Positions 49,570 through 63,386 of a DNA stretch of 64,000 bases are shown here, one piece after another. How positions within the stretch are numbered: position 1 is the first letter of the stretch; every line of letters starts with the position of its first letter. Both the position numbers and the translations under genes were made by a program. A model generated the notes under the pieces. The model saw only the letters and a list, made by a program, of their open reading frames with translations. It was not told where the DNA came from and made no database searches. The stretch comes from Pseudogymnoascus verrucosus (lineage: Eukaryota). The stretch is from the NCBI GenBank assembly GCA_001662655.1, contig KV460272.1, one strand, 5' to 3'.

Positions 49570-52500
49570 TCACTCATACCTCAGCGGCCTTTGCGACACC
49601 TCCGGCGGCGGTGCCGGATGGCGCGGGTCATACTCCTCATAGTATTCGGGATCGTTTCTCGACACCCCGGCGCCGGTGCTGGGCGGCACACCAGCGCCGG
49701 CACGCTCATATATCGGCCTCTGTGGCGCTTCTTCGTAAACCGGCTGTCGCTGATGACGCGGTGGCGGCGGCTCATCGTACCTGTTCACCTCCCCGTACCT
49801 CTGCGGCACTTCCTCGTACCGCGGGGCACCATCATACGTATACATAGGCTCCTGCTCCCTTCGTAGAGATGATCGCTGCACGACATACTCCCCCTGCGCG
49901 TCCGCACGCACATACTCTATCTGTGGTTCGCCTGGGTATCGCCGTGGCTGCTCGTCGGGATATACGCGGTAATACTCCGGACGGGGCACGCGCTCGTATG
50001 CCACCTGCTCCATGGGCTGCTGGGATTGTGGTGCTCGGTGAGGTTCATATATCGGGTCCTGAGGGGCGTAGTGTCGTCCACCAGGCGTCAGGGCGCGGTA
50101 TTGGCGGCGCTCTGGGAGGCGGTCGGTAATGTAGACGGGAGAGTGTGAACGGGGTACCTCGTCGTCATAGCGGAGATTTTCATAGCTGACGTAGCGGGCG
50201 CTCTTGCGAGGGTGGGCATCGGGTTGGGTAGGGCGCTCGTCGCGGTAGATCATCTCGTCCATAACGTAGCGGCGGTCGACCATATCAGACGTGCGGCGCG
50301 TGGCATAATACTGTCGGGGTGCCTCTATGTGGTCCTCGTACCCGTAGGGCAAGTACTGGGGCTGCCTCGCACCTGCCGTTTCGGGAATTGGTCGCATATG
50401 TGGAGGTGAGAGCGATCTGTTTCGCGTTACCGCTTGCCCATTAATGATCCGGTACTCCTCGTTGCGAGAACCGTATTGGACTCTTTGAACTGGCTCTCCC
50501 ATGTATGGCTGTACGCTGGCTTCTCTACGCTCAGGTGCCCATTGTGCCCTCGGTTCTTCCCCATTCAGGTGCTGGCCTTTGTCTGGACTCCTTGGGGCCC
50601 CTTCGCCAGTCTCTGCAGGCAATATGTTATCAAGAAACTGCTCGGCAGCAATCTTGGCGTCGGCGCTGACCTCTTTTGTGGCTACGCTTTCACCTGGTGT
50701 TAATTGGTTCCTCACCTCCCCATCTTCGGAGCCAGTACCCCTAGTATCCGGTCTAGGCCGCTGTTGAGCGACCACAGATTTTCTGGAGTAATCATACGTA
50801 GCAGGAGGACGTGATTCTTCGGCACGGTAGTAGCTATCATCAACTCGTCTCACATAGCGCTCTTGATATTGAGGTGATGGGGGCTTGGCGACCATGCCTG
50901 CTTTCTCAATCAAGCGCGGTAGGAGGTTCGCTTCTTCATAGTTATACTCTGGTCGTAAAGGGATATCTTGAAGAGTGGGACTGATAACCCGAGTGCGAGC
51001 ATTCCTAGAGCGTCGACCAACCTCTTGGAGCTGGGGATAGGGTCTGGGTTCCGCCGCATAATCGCTCATATTGCCATCTTGGTAAATCTCTCGTTTAATC
51101 CGTTTGTAGCCCATAGGAGATGCAACCCTGCGTTCCATATAACCCATAGCCGCCCTATCATTGCGATCTGGCACCATGTGAGGGGAATCGCCGCCGCGCT
51201 GACCAAGTGCATGGATTGGCGGACGGCGTGTTTCCAGTGGAGGCGACAGGCTCGTTGGCGCAGGCATAGTATAATACCGCTCATGGTTGTCTTTCGAAGG
51301 TGCAAGCTCACGGCTATTCTCTCGGGAAACCCCCCTGTCGTATGGTTGAGGCTCCTCTGCTTCGGGCTCAGGAGTGTTGGGCTTGAAGGCATCGGGTAGG
51401 GCCTCTTTGATTAGTTGGAGCTTATAATCGTCCATGCCATTAGCATTTGGCAAGTTTCTCATTTTCTTCTTGTCCGGGAGCTCGACCATGTCCTTGGTCC
51501 AGTCCAGGCTAGGCGCGCTTGCCTTCCCATTCTCAATGTGAGTTGATTGAAAGTGGTTGAGTAATTGAGGAAAAGAGAAAAGTTTCCTGTCTGCAGCGCT
51601 TGTACGTTTGGAAGACACCGTGTGGGGGTTGATTGGCCTGTTCGCTCTTTCAATGGTGCATGTCTTGCAGGCGAGCCCGTTGACATTGCGAACTGGCCTC
51701 ATGTCCTTATTGTTTTGGAGACCATCAATAAGCATTTTTAATGGCGGATCGTCTGCGTACTTTTCTCGGGAACGTTGCAGAATGTGGTATAGAATGGTGT
51801 AAACTCTTACGCTTCCAGGCATATCCTGAACTCCGGAGGTACTGTTCCAAAGTCCCTTGGCAATAAGCGCAATATCTTGCAGCTGCGCTTTATACTCTTC
51901 GGTCCTATAAACGACAGGAGGGATGTGACTTGGAATTTCAGGAGGAGGTACAGAATGTTGAGTCTGGATAGACGCTGGTGGCTCGAAATTGGCAACTTGA
52001 TATGCAGGGACTGCTTGTGACGTATCGTATACCACAGGAGGAGCACCGGAATACGGCGGCTCAAAACCAGAGTATGGATAGGGCTGATACGCAGCTTCCT
52101 GCTGCGCCTGGTATTGCGGCCCTGGAAATCCTGGATACGACTGGAAAGAAGCTGGAGGCACGTACGTGGCCTGCCCCTGGGCGGTGTATTGGTCCAAAGC
52201 ATGGTGAGGATCCGCATACTGACCTGGAATAGAGTTGTAAAAAGGTTGCGAGTTATGTGGGTTCGGCGGTATGGGAGCAACTCCTGTCTGGTACCCACCA
52301 TGGGCTGACACCGGAGGTGCAGTTAATGCGCCATTCATATATGGAGCCACAGATGATGTCGCTGGTACAGTTGCACCTTTTTCGAGGCTTGGTTCTGGAT
52401 TGAATGGTGGTTCCTCGGGCCACTCGGCCTTCCAGTGAACAATAATACTGCCAGAGCTAAGATCGCTCGTATGCTTCGACGCGTAATGTTGGCAGACCCC

Positions 52501-54656
52501 TTCAAATGCGTACCATTTGAAATTTTCGCATCCGTTGCAGAGAAAAAGTTCCTTACGATATTGCTCTGTATGTGGTTTGATTTTCATATCAAAAACCCAT
52601 CTCATGTTCTCGAGGCTGAGCTTCCTAGATTCAGCTCCACTGGGCGAATCCGCTTGCAATTCTTGTCCCGTGGCCTTGGATTGTGCATCTTCTTTGGCAA
52701 TTTCCGCATAAAACCTCTTGCGGACATAGAGAAGAACCTCGGCGGCAAACCTTGGGCTGGTTTCCTTATTGACCTTCTTACCAAATGCCCAGCCATCCCG
52801 GATGATTTCATCGGCATAGGCTCCAGTACGGGCTCTGACTATACTTTGCGCATCTTCCCATACACGGTCAACGAACTCCTTGGCTTCCCTGGCTTGCCCA
52901 TCTTGATACAGTCGCTCATCCAACTTCACTCTAACAGCTCGAGTAAGTGCCGCACGGTCGTCTTCCCGCTGTTGGGCATCGCCGCGTTGAGATAACAACC
53001 TTGGCTTAAGCATTTCCCATGCGTTATCATCAAACGGCTTGATTATTTGAAGGGCGGCCTGAAAAGAGGCCATGTGTACCAATACATTCGCTGTGATTGG
53101 AGGGTCAAGCAATAGACAGCGGCGTTCTATTTCAGCTCGTCTAGCCGCTTTCAACTTGTCGGCCTCTTCTTTCGTCCGTTCGTGCCGTGTTTGGGGAGGA
53201 AATGGACGTGGAAATGGGCCAAACCCAATTTGCGAAGGGGACTCGAATCGCTGTGGTAAGGTTGCTATTGGAACTTACGTTAGAAAACACTTACAATGTA
53301 CACTTGGTATGGCTTACGGAATTGGGGCACCTGCGGAAGAGGATGCGTATTCTTGGGGAGCATCCTATGAGAACTCGGAAGATGCTCCTTGGAAAGAACC
53401 GGGATTTTTGAAAGTCCAGGTGGTCCGTGGCTAGGGTGACCGTCATGCTGCATAGGCACAGCCGCTGGTAGTCGAAGATCGACCTTTCCATTAGTTCCAT
53501 TGACTTCCGTTGGCTCCTTGCTCCGCATACGCTGTAGACCTCCTGAAGATTCCCACCTTTCCCATCGCACTAGATCGAGGCGTTTGTCCTTCCCACGGGT
53601 TTCAAGCCCTTTAATCCATTCTTCGGCAGTTCCCGAGCCTAAAGCTTTCACTTTGAAAAATTCTTGTTTGATATCTTCGACATGGGGTTTGTAGAAGTGT
53701 TTGCCGATCTGCATGTTTGTAGGCGGTTGGCCTTGCTGCAAGGTTGTTGACGCAACAACGTGAAGCTCGGCGGTGAGAAATATGAAGGGGAGTGCGGCCA
53801 TAAGCGGTGATGGCACCGACGAGGAGAGGAGGAGATCAATTTCCTGACCGGGGATTAGTGCAAGCTTGGAAAGGAAAGAAATAAAGTAGTCATCTACCTT
53901 GATAGTTCGGAGCTGCAAACAAGGCCCACAAGCACGAATGGCAAATGCCCAAATGGGACGAACGCCAGCCTCTCCAGGACCAGAATTCCACTGATCTGGA
54001 GATATAGAAGAGACAGGATCTTGTCGTTTATCACAGAAGTCGCAAACAAAATTACAAGAAAGTTGCCACATGCCAAGCTCCGTCATCTCATTCAAAGGAT
54101 TGGGCATCCAAGGACGAAATAATCTCCTTGAGGCCTGCCAGATAACTTCTGGTTGACGTAGCGGAACTACGCTGCGGGACAAAGGAGCAATAACAGAAGT
54201 ACTTGCTGGAGACTGAGGATCAAGATATGCTCTAAATATCTTGTTGACACGCAACAAGCGACCTAGAGTTCTTGGCGACGCAAAAGTGAAGATGTGGTGC
54301 CAGACTTCTGCGGGTAACAGAGACTTATCAGATGGCAATCGGCCTTCCGGGGTTCGAATGCTTCCAAAAGCCGCATCTGGGGATAATTCCAATTTGACAC
54401 GTTTCGTATGGCCAGATTCCCTATTTCCCTGTGGTATGTCCTCTGGAGAGTCACTTCCGTCCGATGGGACTTTGCGTTTCCGGGAGATGTTCTCCAATAA
54501 GGTAGCAACGGGGTTTTGAGTCGTCGACTCGTGTTTGGCAGGTTCGGGGTGAGGCGCATCCATTTCTTCATCGTCGCTTGAATCCGAATCCTCCGTCTCT
54601 GCTGACATTGAAACGTCTGACAGGTCGTCTTCATCTATAGCGTCCTGGGCTGACAT
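49570..54656 (-). CDS. Fungal F-box-like protein with two C2H2-like Zn motifs, 3 exons
   Basis: LLPAEVWHHIFTF...LGRLLRVNK F-box-like motif; CNGC...HYASKH and CKTC...HFQSTH; introns 53844-53897 and 53265-53317 join the ORFs in frame. Confidence 0.8.
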
Positions 54657-55562
54657 TGTTGGTTATGTGGCACTGGTAACCACCCAGTCGCGGGAAATCG
54701 TTTTCAAAAGAGCCTGTGCTTGGGTCCTGTCCAGGTGAGCTATCTTGTTTCCGTCGCGCCTGCCAAATCCGGGAGTGTTATGAAAAGAGGAACCATGAGA
54801 GAAGCGTACTCCCTCAACGTTTGGTGATGGTGGAAGGAGAGGAAATAACGGAAGCAGCTGTCAGAGGAATCCTAACCAGCGAAATGGTTACAGATTCCAC
54901 AAGTGCGGCTTCAGTTTCGCATGAAGCAGTCCTATGGGGTTGTCTGAGACCGAGGGAGGTGGTGACACTGGATTATACCGTCCTGGGGGCACAGAAAGAG
55001 AGATATATATAGCCAGAGAAGAGAACAGGAGTACCACGCGTGTAATCTTCTATTGGAGTAAGATTGTGGAGAGAAAGATGGGAGTGTGAAGGCTGAGAAG
55101 GAAGGGAAGAAGAGGAGAGGAAGAGGAGGGAAGGAACAAGTCCGGAGTAGAGTAGAGGATGTAAGGTTGAATATGTATCCGGGCGGGTTGTATTGGAGTC
55201 TTTTCTTCGAAGTGAGGCGGACCAAAGCACCTGAGGCTACTTCTATCTAATCTACACCTTGCTTGTACCTCTCGAGTTACTTTTAGTCTGGAAGGAAGTG
55301 AACTTTCGCCGTTCGCCGCACGCTAGTACCATTTCGGCTAGACTGTTCGTCAGCTGCAATCCAAACGGGCCCCTCTTAGCATCATCGTAGTGACGGAGTT
55401 GCTGGCGAGTACATCAGGGCCCCAACAAGGCAGAACTTCCAAACTTCCATATACAAAACCCATTCTTATATTGTTACATCCTACATTCCCTCCACGAATC
55501 CTTTCAAGCCTCTCTTCCCTCGTAGCCTCGACGGCTATTACATCAAAACCACTTATTCAATT

Positions 55563-58250
55563 ATGGCTTCGCTCAATACGTCGACCAATGGCCCATCAAT
55601 CCGGTCCAGTTACCAAGGCGTCGTCCAGGCACCCCCTCCAACTGGAGCCGCTGCGAACTCCCCGACTTATGCGCAGTGGGCAATCTTCTCCGTATCTGCG
55701 CCTCTCGTAAATGCCTTTCAGCAGGACTCCGGCTCGAAGGAAAGTGTGTTGAAAGTCCAGGATACTGGAGGTAAGCTTGGAGAGTTCCGCGACTGTCTTA
55801 GATTACCTCTTGCTGACATAACGTAAATAGAGGGCGAACTTCAAGATCTCATCGAGGATTTCTCAGAGGGCCGGATACAGTTTGCTTTCGTGAAAGTGAA
55901 GGACTCGAACTCCGCGTTACCAAAATCTGTCCTCATAGGATGGGTATGTGAACTCAACACTATCCGCACCGTATAAATCACTGACTGGCTCCACAGTGCG
56001 GCGAAGGAGTCCCCGAGAGGACAAAGGGCTACTTTACCAGCCATCTAGCAGCAGTGTCAAAGATATTACACGTATGTGCATTCTACTATTCTTGGTGGCA
56101 TACACTAACATCTCGCAGGGGTACCATGTCCAGGTTACGGCACGATCAGACCGAGACCTTACCCCGGAAGGCATTATCCAGAAGGTCGCTGATGCTTCAG
56201 GCTCGAAATACTCAGCGGGAAGTGCCTCAGCTGCTCCCACTGCTGCTCCAGCGGTTGCATCGAAGCCCGTATTCACTCCCACACAGAGCGGCGCCGGTTC
56301 GTCCTACAACCCATTGGGAGGCGCTGCCTCAAGAAAGACTGGCCGAGACAGCAATGTGGATGAAGACGGTTGGGGCGCAGATGCCCCTCAAGTTAGCAGG
56401 TCACAAATCGAAAAAGTGCCATCGGCTTATCAACCAACCAAGGTCAACATGGCCGAACTTACCAAACAGAAGCAAGAGCCTTCGAGATTCAACAATGCCC
56501 CGCAACAGCCCGATGCCGACTCTGGCGATGTGGTGAGAGGCGGATACCAGCCAATTGGAAAGGTTGACATCGCCGCAATCCGCGCCAAGGCTAAGAAAGT
56601 CGAGGATGACCGCCCAACAACTGTTAAGGGCGCCTACGAGCCAGTGGGCAAGGTTGACATAGCTGCCATAAGGGCAAAGGCCCAAAAGCCTTCCGATGAG
56701 CCTTCGCGCCATACTTCACCCGCACCTGCGAAGCCGTCTGTTGCTACTGAAGAAAGCGATGAACCCAAGTCCTTGGCTGACCGCTCCTCCGCCTTCAAGC
56801 AGTCTGAGCGTTTGACATCGCTCCCAAAGCCCAAAGTAGCTAACAAGCTACCTTCAAATTTCGCAGGCACGAAAGCGCTAACTCCAGGAACTTTTGGTTT
56901 GCACTCGGCGGTGACCAATGCTGCTGCCGCCCCCGCCCCAGTAGGTGTCGCAAGTCGAACATTTGCAGATGAGGGCGGCAAGACCCCAGCTCAAATCTGG
57001 GCTGAAAAGAAAGCCAAGGAGCGCGGCACTAGCGGCGCAACAGAAGCCCACGCCCCTGCTGAGCCTGTTACCAGTCAACCCAGCGGTGGTGGTGAATGGA
57101 AGAGCGGATATAAGGGGAAGTCATGGGCTCCGGTTGCTATCTCCACCACAGCCACTGGCAAATCCGCAACCAGCGACTTGGATCAGCAACGGACTGGCGA
57201 TCAAGAACATGACCACGCCCGAGACGAAGAGGAGGCGCCATCGGCCCCGGCTGGAGGCATTGGTGCTCTTAAGGATAGGTTCAAGGGCGCGGCACCAATG
57301 GGTGTTCCGGCAACTGAAGAGACAGATGCTTCTCCGCCACCTGTGCCATCTGCGACTAGGCCCACCGGAGGCGTATCCATGCCTGGCTTGCCATCTAGGC
57401 CAGCCGCCGCTGAGGAAGACGAAGATGACAGAGGCCGCCTCCCTTCGCCACCACGCGTTGCACGCAGCCCAACACCACCAACGCCTGAACGGGACGAGTC
57501 GCCTGTGAGGATTGCCATGCCTGTATCGCGAGGCAGCGAACCACATATCGAAGCTCCAGAGGAGCGTCATCACGCACCCTCGATGCCAGTACGCTCGCTC
57601 GAGAAAGAAGTCCCCCGTGAATCGGAACTGCCAGACGAACCCAAGGGCCAAGATCCAGCCCGTGCCGCTAGTGCTGCTCTCGCCGGAGCTGCCTTTGGCG
57701 GAGCTGCAGTCGCCGCAAGCAAGAGCGCCCAGCAAGGCGGGAAGCGCGCAATTGCACAGTACGATTATGAGAAGGCAGAGGACAACGAGATTGAGCTGCT
57801 GGAAGGCGAATATGTCACCGAAATCGACATGGTGGATGATGATTGGTGGATGGGCACAAACTCCAAGGGCGAGAGCGGATTGTTCCCTAGCAATTATGTT
57901 GAGCTGGTCGAGGACGATGAGGCTGCTCCAGCTGCTCCTTCAAGGCCATCCGCCCCTGAGGAGACACAGGCTCCAGCTGCACCCGCTGCACCAGCTGCAC
58001 CTGCGGCTCCAGAGCCAACTAGCTCCGGACCTACTGCCACTGCCATTTACGACTACGAGGCTGCCGAGGACAACGAGTTGAGCTTTGAAGAGGATGCTAA
58101 GATTACAGACCTGGTAAGCATCAATGATCTGTTACCATTGACATTACTAACGTGTGATAGGAATTCCCCGACGAAGATTGGTGGTTCGGCCACCTTAACG
58201 GGAAGTCTGGTCTTTTCCCTTCAAACTATGTACAGCTTGACGAGAAGTGA
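55563..58250 (+). CDS. ABP1: Actin-binding protein Abp1 (ADF-H + Pro-rich + two SH3), 5 exons
   Basis: ADF-H N-terminus (LPKSVLIGWCGEGVP); SH3 motifs YDYEKAEDNE...WW...GLFPSNYV twice; last intron 58114-58160; stop TGA at 58250. Confidence 0.93.
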
Positions 58251-58869
58251 AAGATTCTGTCTGAGTCGGTGTAGCTAGCCAAAAAGATTCTATAGATCCA
58301 TTTGTCATTATCCGCTGGAGAAAAGTGTGTACTGGATTTGCACGTGATAATGCCTATATTTATTGCACAAAGTTATATAATCGTTATCCTATGTGTGATT
58401 GATGGCTACTGAATGTATATATTTCATACATAGCCTGTAGTCGTCCTACATATATTTCCCACTCAAGTATTGAAGCCCCCTGAAAATGATAGGTGATAGA
58501 TGATATAATGTGTTTTAACTGGTGAACGGTAACTCGTCGGGCCGTCCGGGTTTTCACGTGACGTAGTTTTCCTAAACCGGGAACACAAGGACTTGGCGGC
58601 TAGGAGGCAACCTGCCTGATGTTCGATCGCGAAACCTTGCAAATTGTCTGGCCAAGATTGGGTAAACAGTCGCTGTCGCTTCATACCCCGAACGTGAAGT
58701 CTGCCACCACGGCATTGACATCCCTAGAAGACCGAGCCATTCTTTGCTCAAGGCTCGAGCCTCCTCATTGACTTGCGCAAGCGATTAGTCGCATGTGAGA
58801 CGAGTGTCGTCGTTTGCCGACGCGCTGAACCAGCTTCAACAACCCATCCGGACACCAACGTCAACAAAG

Positions 58870-61455
58870 ATGGCATCTCTCGGCGAGAACTTGCTTGGGA
58901 TAGTCAACAAGCTCCAGGATCTGGTCTTCAACACTATCGGCAATGACTCCCTCGACCTCCCACAAATCGTGAGACTTCTCCACTTTGCGACAACTACCGC
59001 CGCAAATATTTTCCCCTGCTAACAGCTTGCCCAGGTCGTCGTTGGCTCCCAATCCTCCGGCAAATCGTCTGTGTTGGAGAATATCGTAGGAAGGGACTTT
59101 CTGCCCAGAGGCAGCGGCATTGTCACTCGGAGACCCCTCATTCTGCAACTTATCAACGTCCCAAGCGACAATGACGCACCTGAAGGAAGCGAAGTATATG
59201 AACCCCATACACCCGCCAGCGTCGAGTCACAGGGCGAATGGGGAGAATTCCATCATATCCCAGGGCGCCAGTTCACGAACTTCCAAGATGTGAAACGCGA
59301 GATTGAGAATGAGACGGCGAGGATTGCCGGGAACAACAAGGGTATCAACAGATCGCCCATCAACTTGAAGATATACTCGCCACATGTGCTGAGCTTGACT
59401 CTTGTTGATCTCCCGGGTCTCACCAAGGTAAGAGCGATGCGAGGCCCTCTGCGGGATCAGGAGCTGACATGAGTGCACAGGTACCCATTGGCGACCAGCC
59501 CAGCGACATCGAGAAGCAAACACGAAACCTCATCTCCGAGTATATCGCGAAGCCAAACAGCATCATCCTTGCTGTCTCTCCAGCGAATGTTGATATTGTT
59601 AACTCCGAGGCCTTGAAGCTGGCGAGACATGTCGATCCCCTCGGCCGAAGAACCATTGGTGTTCTTACAAAGATTGATCTCATGGATCATGGAACGAATG
59701 CGCTGGATATCTTGTCAGGACGAGTATACCCGCTCAAGCTTGGTTTTATTGGAGTTGTGAACAGATCTCAACAAGATATCCAAGGGAACAAGACCCTAGC
59801 AGAGGCCTTGAAGTCCGAGTCCGACTTCTTCAAGCATCACCCAGCATACAGAAATATGGCGAACAGATGCGGCACACAATTCCTAGCCAAGAGCCTCAAT
59901 ACGACGCTTATGGCTCACATTCGTGAGCGTCTTCCTGATATCAAGGCCAGACTAAACACTCTTATGGGCCAAACCCAGCAAGAATTAGCGAGCTATGGTG
60001 ACATGCATTTTAACGGCAAGGAACACAAAGGCGCATTAATCCTGCAACTCATGACGCGATTTGCGTCGTCCTTCATATCGTCTATTGACGGTACGTCGAC
60101 CGAAATCTCTACCAAGGAGCTTTGCGGTGGAGCCAGGATATATTATATTTTCAACTCTGTTTTCGGAAATTCTCTCGAGACGATAGACCCGACCACGAAT
60201 TTGTCTGCATTAGATATCCGAACCGCTATTAGAAACTCTACGGGACCAAGGCCTAGCCTGTTCGTCCCCGAGCTCGCATTTGACCTCCTCGTCAAGCCGC
60301 AGATCAAGCTGTTGGAAATTCCCAGCCAACGTTGCGTCGAGCTTGTATATGAAGAACTCATCAAGATTTGCCATACGTGCGGCTCTACGGAGCTGACTCG
60401 TTTCCCCAGGTTACAGGGCAAGCTTATTGAGGTTGTGTCTGACCTGCTCCGCGAGCGCTTAGGCCCAGCATCAAGCTATGTCGAATCTCTTATCTCTATT
60501 CAACGAGCATATATTAACACCAACCACCCGAACTTCCTCGGCGCGGCGGCAGCTATGAGCCACGTCGTTACCAAGAAGCAAGAAAATGAGAAGAAGAAGC
60601 TCCTCCAAGAGGAGCGCGAGAGGCGCGAGAAGAGACGCCAAAAGGAGCTTGGCGCTACAAATGGGGTCGACGGCCACGAGGAGGAAGACGAAATCTCGGA
60701 GAAGGCTGAGGGCCTACCCCACCGCTCAAAAATGCACAAGTCCGGACGCAGCGCCTCGCCCCACGTCCGCCAGAACGGGACCTCTGCCAGCATCGCCGAG
60801 CGTATAGGGCAGCGTGCCGGCTCAGAGATGCAATTCAGTGCGCAGGCTAACCCGAAGGACTCTTTCCTCAACTACTTCTTCGGGAAGGATGGTGCTCCAG
60901 GCGGTGGACCGGGTGTTGGACAGGCTGCGTCATCGGCGCAGAATCCAAATCTCGGCCGCCACGTCAGCCAGAGCGCTGAGCCGAGCATCACGCAGAGCAT
61001 CAGGAGGCAGGAAGAGCGTAACACACACCGCAGCCCAGCTCAACAGACACGCGATGAGGATTACGCGAGAGAATATGATTATAATTCTCCATTCGTAAGT
61101 CACCATCATTCGCAATGAGGCCTCAGGCACTAACATTCCGCAGGGCAACAACACCGAGCCAGCGCTCACAGACAGAGAAGCCATGGAAACGGAGCTCATC
61201 CGTGCGCTCATCTCGTCCTACTTCGACATCGTGCGCGAGTCCATCGCGGACCAAGTCCCCAAGGCCGTGATGCACCTCCTGGTCAACCACTCCAAGGATG
61301 TCGTCCAGAACCGCTTAGTCAGCGAGCTGTACCGCGAGGACATGTTCGAGGAGCTTCTCTACGAAGACGACGCCGTCAAGAAGGAGCGCGAGAAGTGCGA
61401 GAGGCTGCTCAAGACTTATCGCGAGGCGGCGAAGATCGTCGGCGAGGTCTTATAA
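58870..61455 (+). CDS. DNM1: Dynamin-related mitochondrial/peroxisomal fission GTPase, 4 exons
   Basis: [21 protein letters not shown] motifs; middle domain ELCGGARI; B-insert FLNYFFG; GED ending AAKIVGEVL. Confidence 0.95.
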
Positions 61456-61889
61456 GGCTAGATTTTGTGTGAGGATATGTGTGTAGGTATCGGCGTAGAG
61501 GGCTAGCCTTGCATCCATTATGATGTTTATGGTGGATATGTTTTTATACGGCGCAACATACGCAGCTCTGTAGAATAGTGTATCTTATTCTGGGTTCATC
61601 ATTCTTGTTCGTTTGGCATTATGCGTGTCTCTAGAGGAGGCTGTATACTTCTGCTTTTTGAACGGTAGTGGTGAATAACCTGTACTTTGGGCTCATTCGG
61701 GGATGGCATGGTTTCTCGTGCTATGTTTCATTGACTCGTGTATATATATTGTGACATGCAAATAAGTTTCATATGATGGAGATAATTGAGACATTCATTA
61801 TATTTCTGACACTAAAAACTATACACAAATAAATCTCATTATAATTAATAATTATTGGGGTATACACAATCTTCACGTCCATAGCCCCA

Positions 61890-62945
61890 TCAAACCACCC
61901 CATACTTGACCAAACTATCCACCGTATCCACGATGCTCTCCACAGTTCCACGAGGCTCCCACCCAAGAGTCTCTCGAGCCTTCTTATTACTACTCTGGGT
62001 CACCTTCCCCAAATCCGGGAGGATTTGCCGGATCGGCTTATCAAAAATCGAAAGGATATGAACGACGAAGTTCGGAACCTGGATGGACGGGACTTTCTTC
62101 GCGTGCTGAGGTCTCTGCTTCTTGATGATCTGTCCAATCTGAAGCATGGAGATAGCAGGATCGTTGCCGCCAGCAAGGAAACGCTGACCAGCAGCCTCCG
62201 GCTTCGTCATGGCGAGTAGATGCAGAGATGCGACGTCGCGCACATCGACGAATGAAAACTGCAAGTTCGGACACCCAGGAATACTGCCATCCATAAGTTT
62301 CTTAACGACCTCCAACGACGTCGAGATATCCTTCTCCAGCGTCGGCCCACACACCATCTGCGGCGCCACCGTGACAAGCTCCATCTTGTCCGCATTAGCA
62401 TCCGACTCCGCCCAAGCCCACGCCGCCTTCTCAGCAATCGTCTTGGACTTCATATACGGCGTGACCTTCACAACCCCATCTAAGTTCGTCCAGTCCTTCT
62501 CCGTAAACGGCTCCGCTCGCGGCGCATGCCCGTACCCCATAGCCCCGAAGCTACTCGTCAGCACAACCCGCTTCACGCCCGCGGCGGCTGCGGCTTTGAG
62601 GACGCGCAACGTGCCCTCCCGAGCGGGGATGATAAGATCGTCTTCATGCTTGGGTAGCTCGGCGGGGAAGGGCGAGGCGACATGTTGCACGTATGTGCAG
62701 CCCTGGACTGCCTCGGCCCAGCCGTTATCGTCGTCGAGTGAGGCTGCGAAGATGGTGAGGCGCGCGAGTGAGGCGGGAGTGGCGCCGCCGTTTTCGAGGG
62801 AGGTGAGGACGCTGGCGGAGCGCGAGAGGTTGCGGATGGTGGTTCGCACTGTGTAGCCTTCTGAGAGAAGGCCAAGTATGACGTAGGAGCCGATGAAACC
62901 GGAGCCACCGGTTACGAGGACTGTTGTGGACGAGGGTGTCGCCAT
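61890..62945 (-). CDS. NAD(P)-dependent epimerase/dehydratase (aldehyde/dihydroflavonol-reductase-like extended SDR), intronless
   Basis: TGGSGFIG, HVASP, LTSS, catalytic YMKSK, DVRDVA. Confidence 0.92.
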   Translation of the reverse strand: MATPSSTTVLVTGGSGFIGSYVILGLLSEGYTVRTTIRNLSRSASVLTSLENGGATPASLARLTIFAASLDDDNGWAEAVQGCTYVQHVASPFPAELPKHEDDLIIPAREGTLRVLKAAAAAGVKRVVLTSSFGAMGYGHAPRAEPFTEKDWTNLDGVVKVTPYMKSKTIAEKAAWAWAESDANADKMELVTVAPQMVCGPTLEKDISTSLEVVKKLMDGSIPGCPNLQFSFVDVRDVASLHLLAMTKPEAAGQRFLAGGNDPAISMLQIGQIIKKQRPQHAKKVPSIQVPNFVVHILSIFDKPIRQILPDLGKVTQSSNKKARETLGWEPRGTVESIVDTVDSLVKYGVV

Positions 62946-63386
62946 TGGGGATATATATTAGGATTGAGAGAGAGGTGAATAATAATATTGTTTAAACTAC
63001 TCTATGAAGGATTTTTAAAAGGTTTACCTAGTGCTGGTATTATAGTTAAGTTGAGTTTATCAACCCAGCTCTTATCGGAGGTAAATCTGTCCGTTATTTA
63101 GGCTTTGACTGCCATACGTAAGGCGGGCGCGGGACAACGTCGAGTCCGATACCTTGCTGGCCCTCATCTGCGCCTCAACTTCGGAGTTCATTTCATAGGC
63201 ACGATGCCGCCTATGAACTCCGAACGACCTGAAATGACGTTCATATCTCCTCCTTAAACTCCGGAGCGATAAGTCCTGGCGGATTCCCCTTGGCATCCGT
63301 CCTTGGTGACTCTTCACCCTGTCCCCTGACATTCTTACCGCAAGTGTTTTTGCTAATGCCACACGAAACCCGTCACAAGCTTACAT

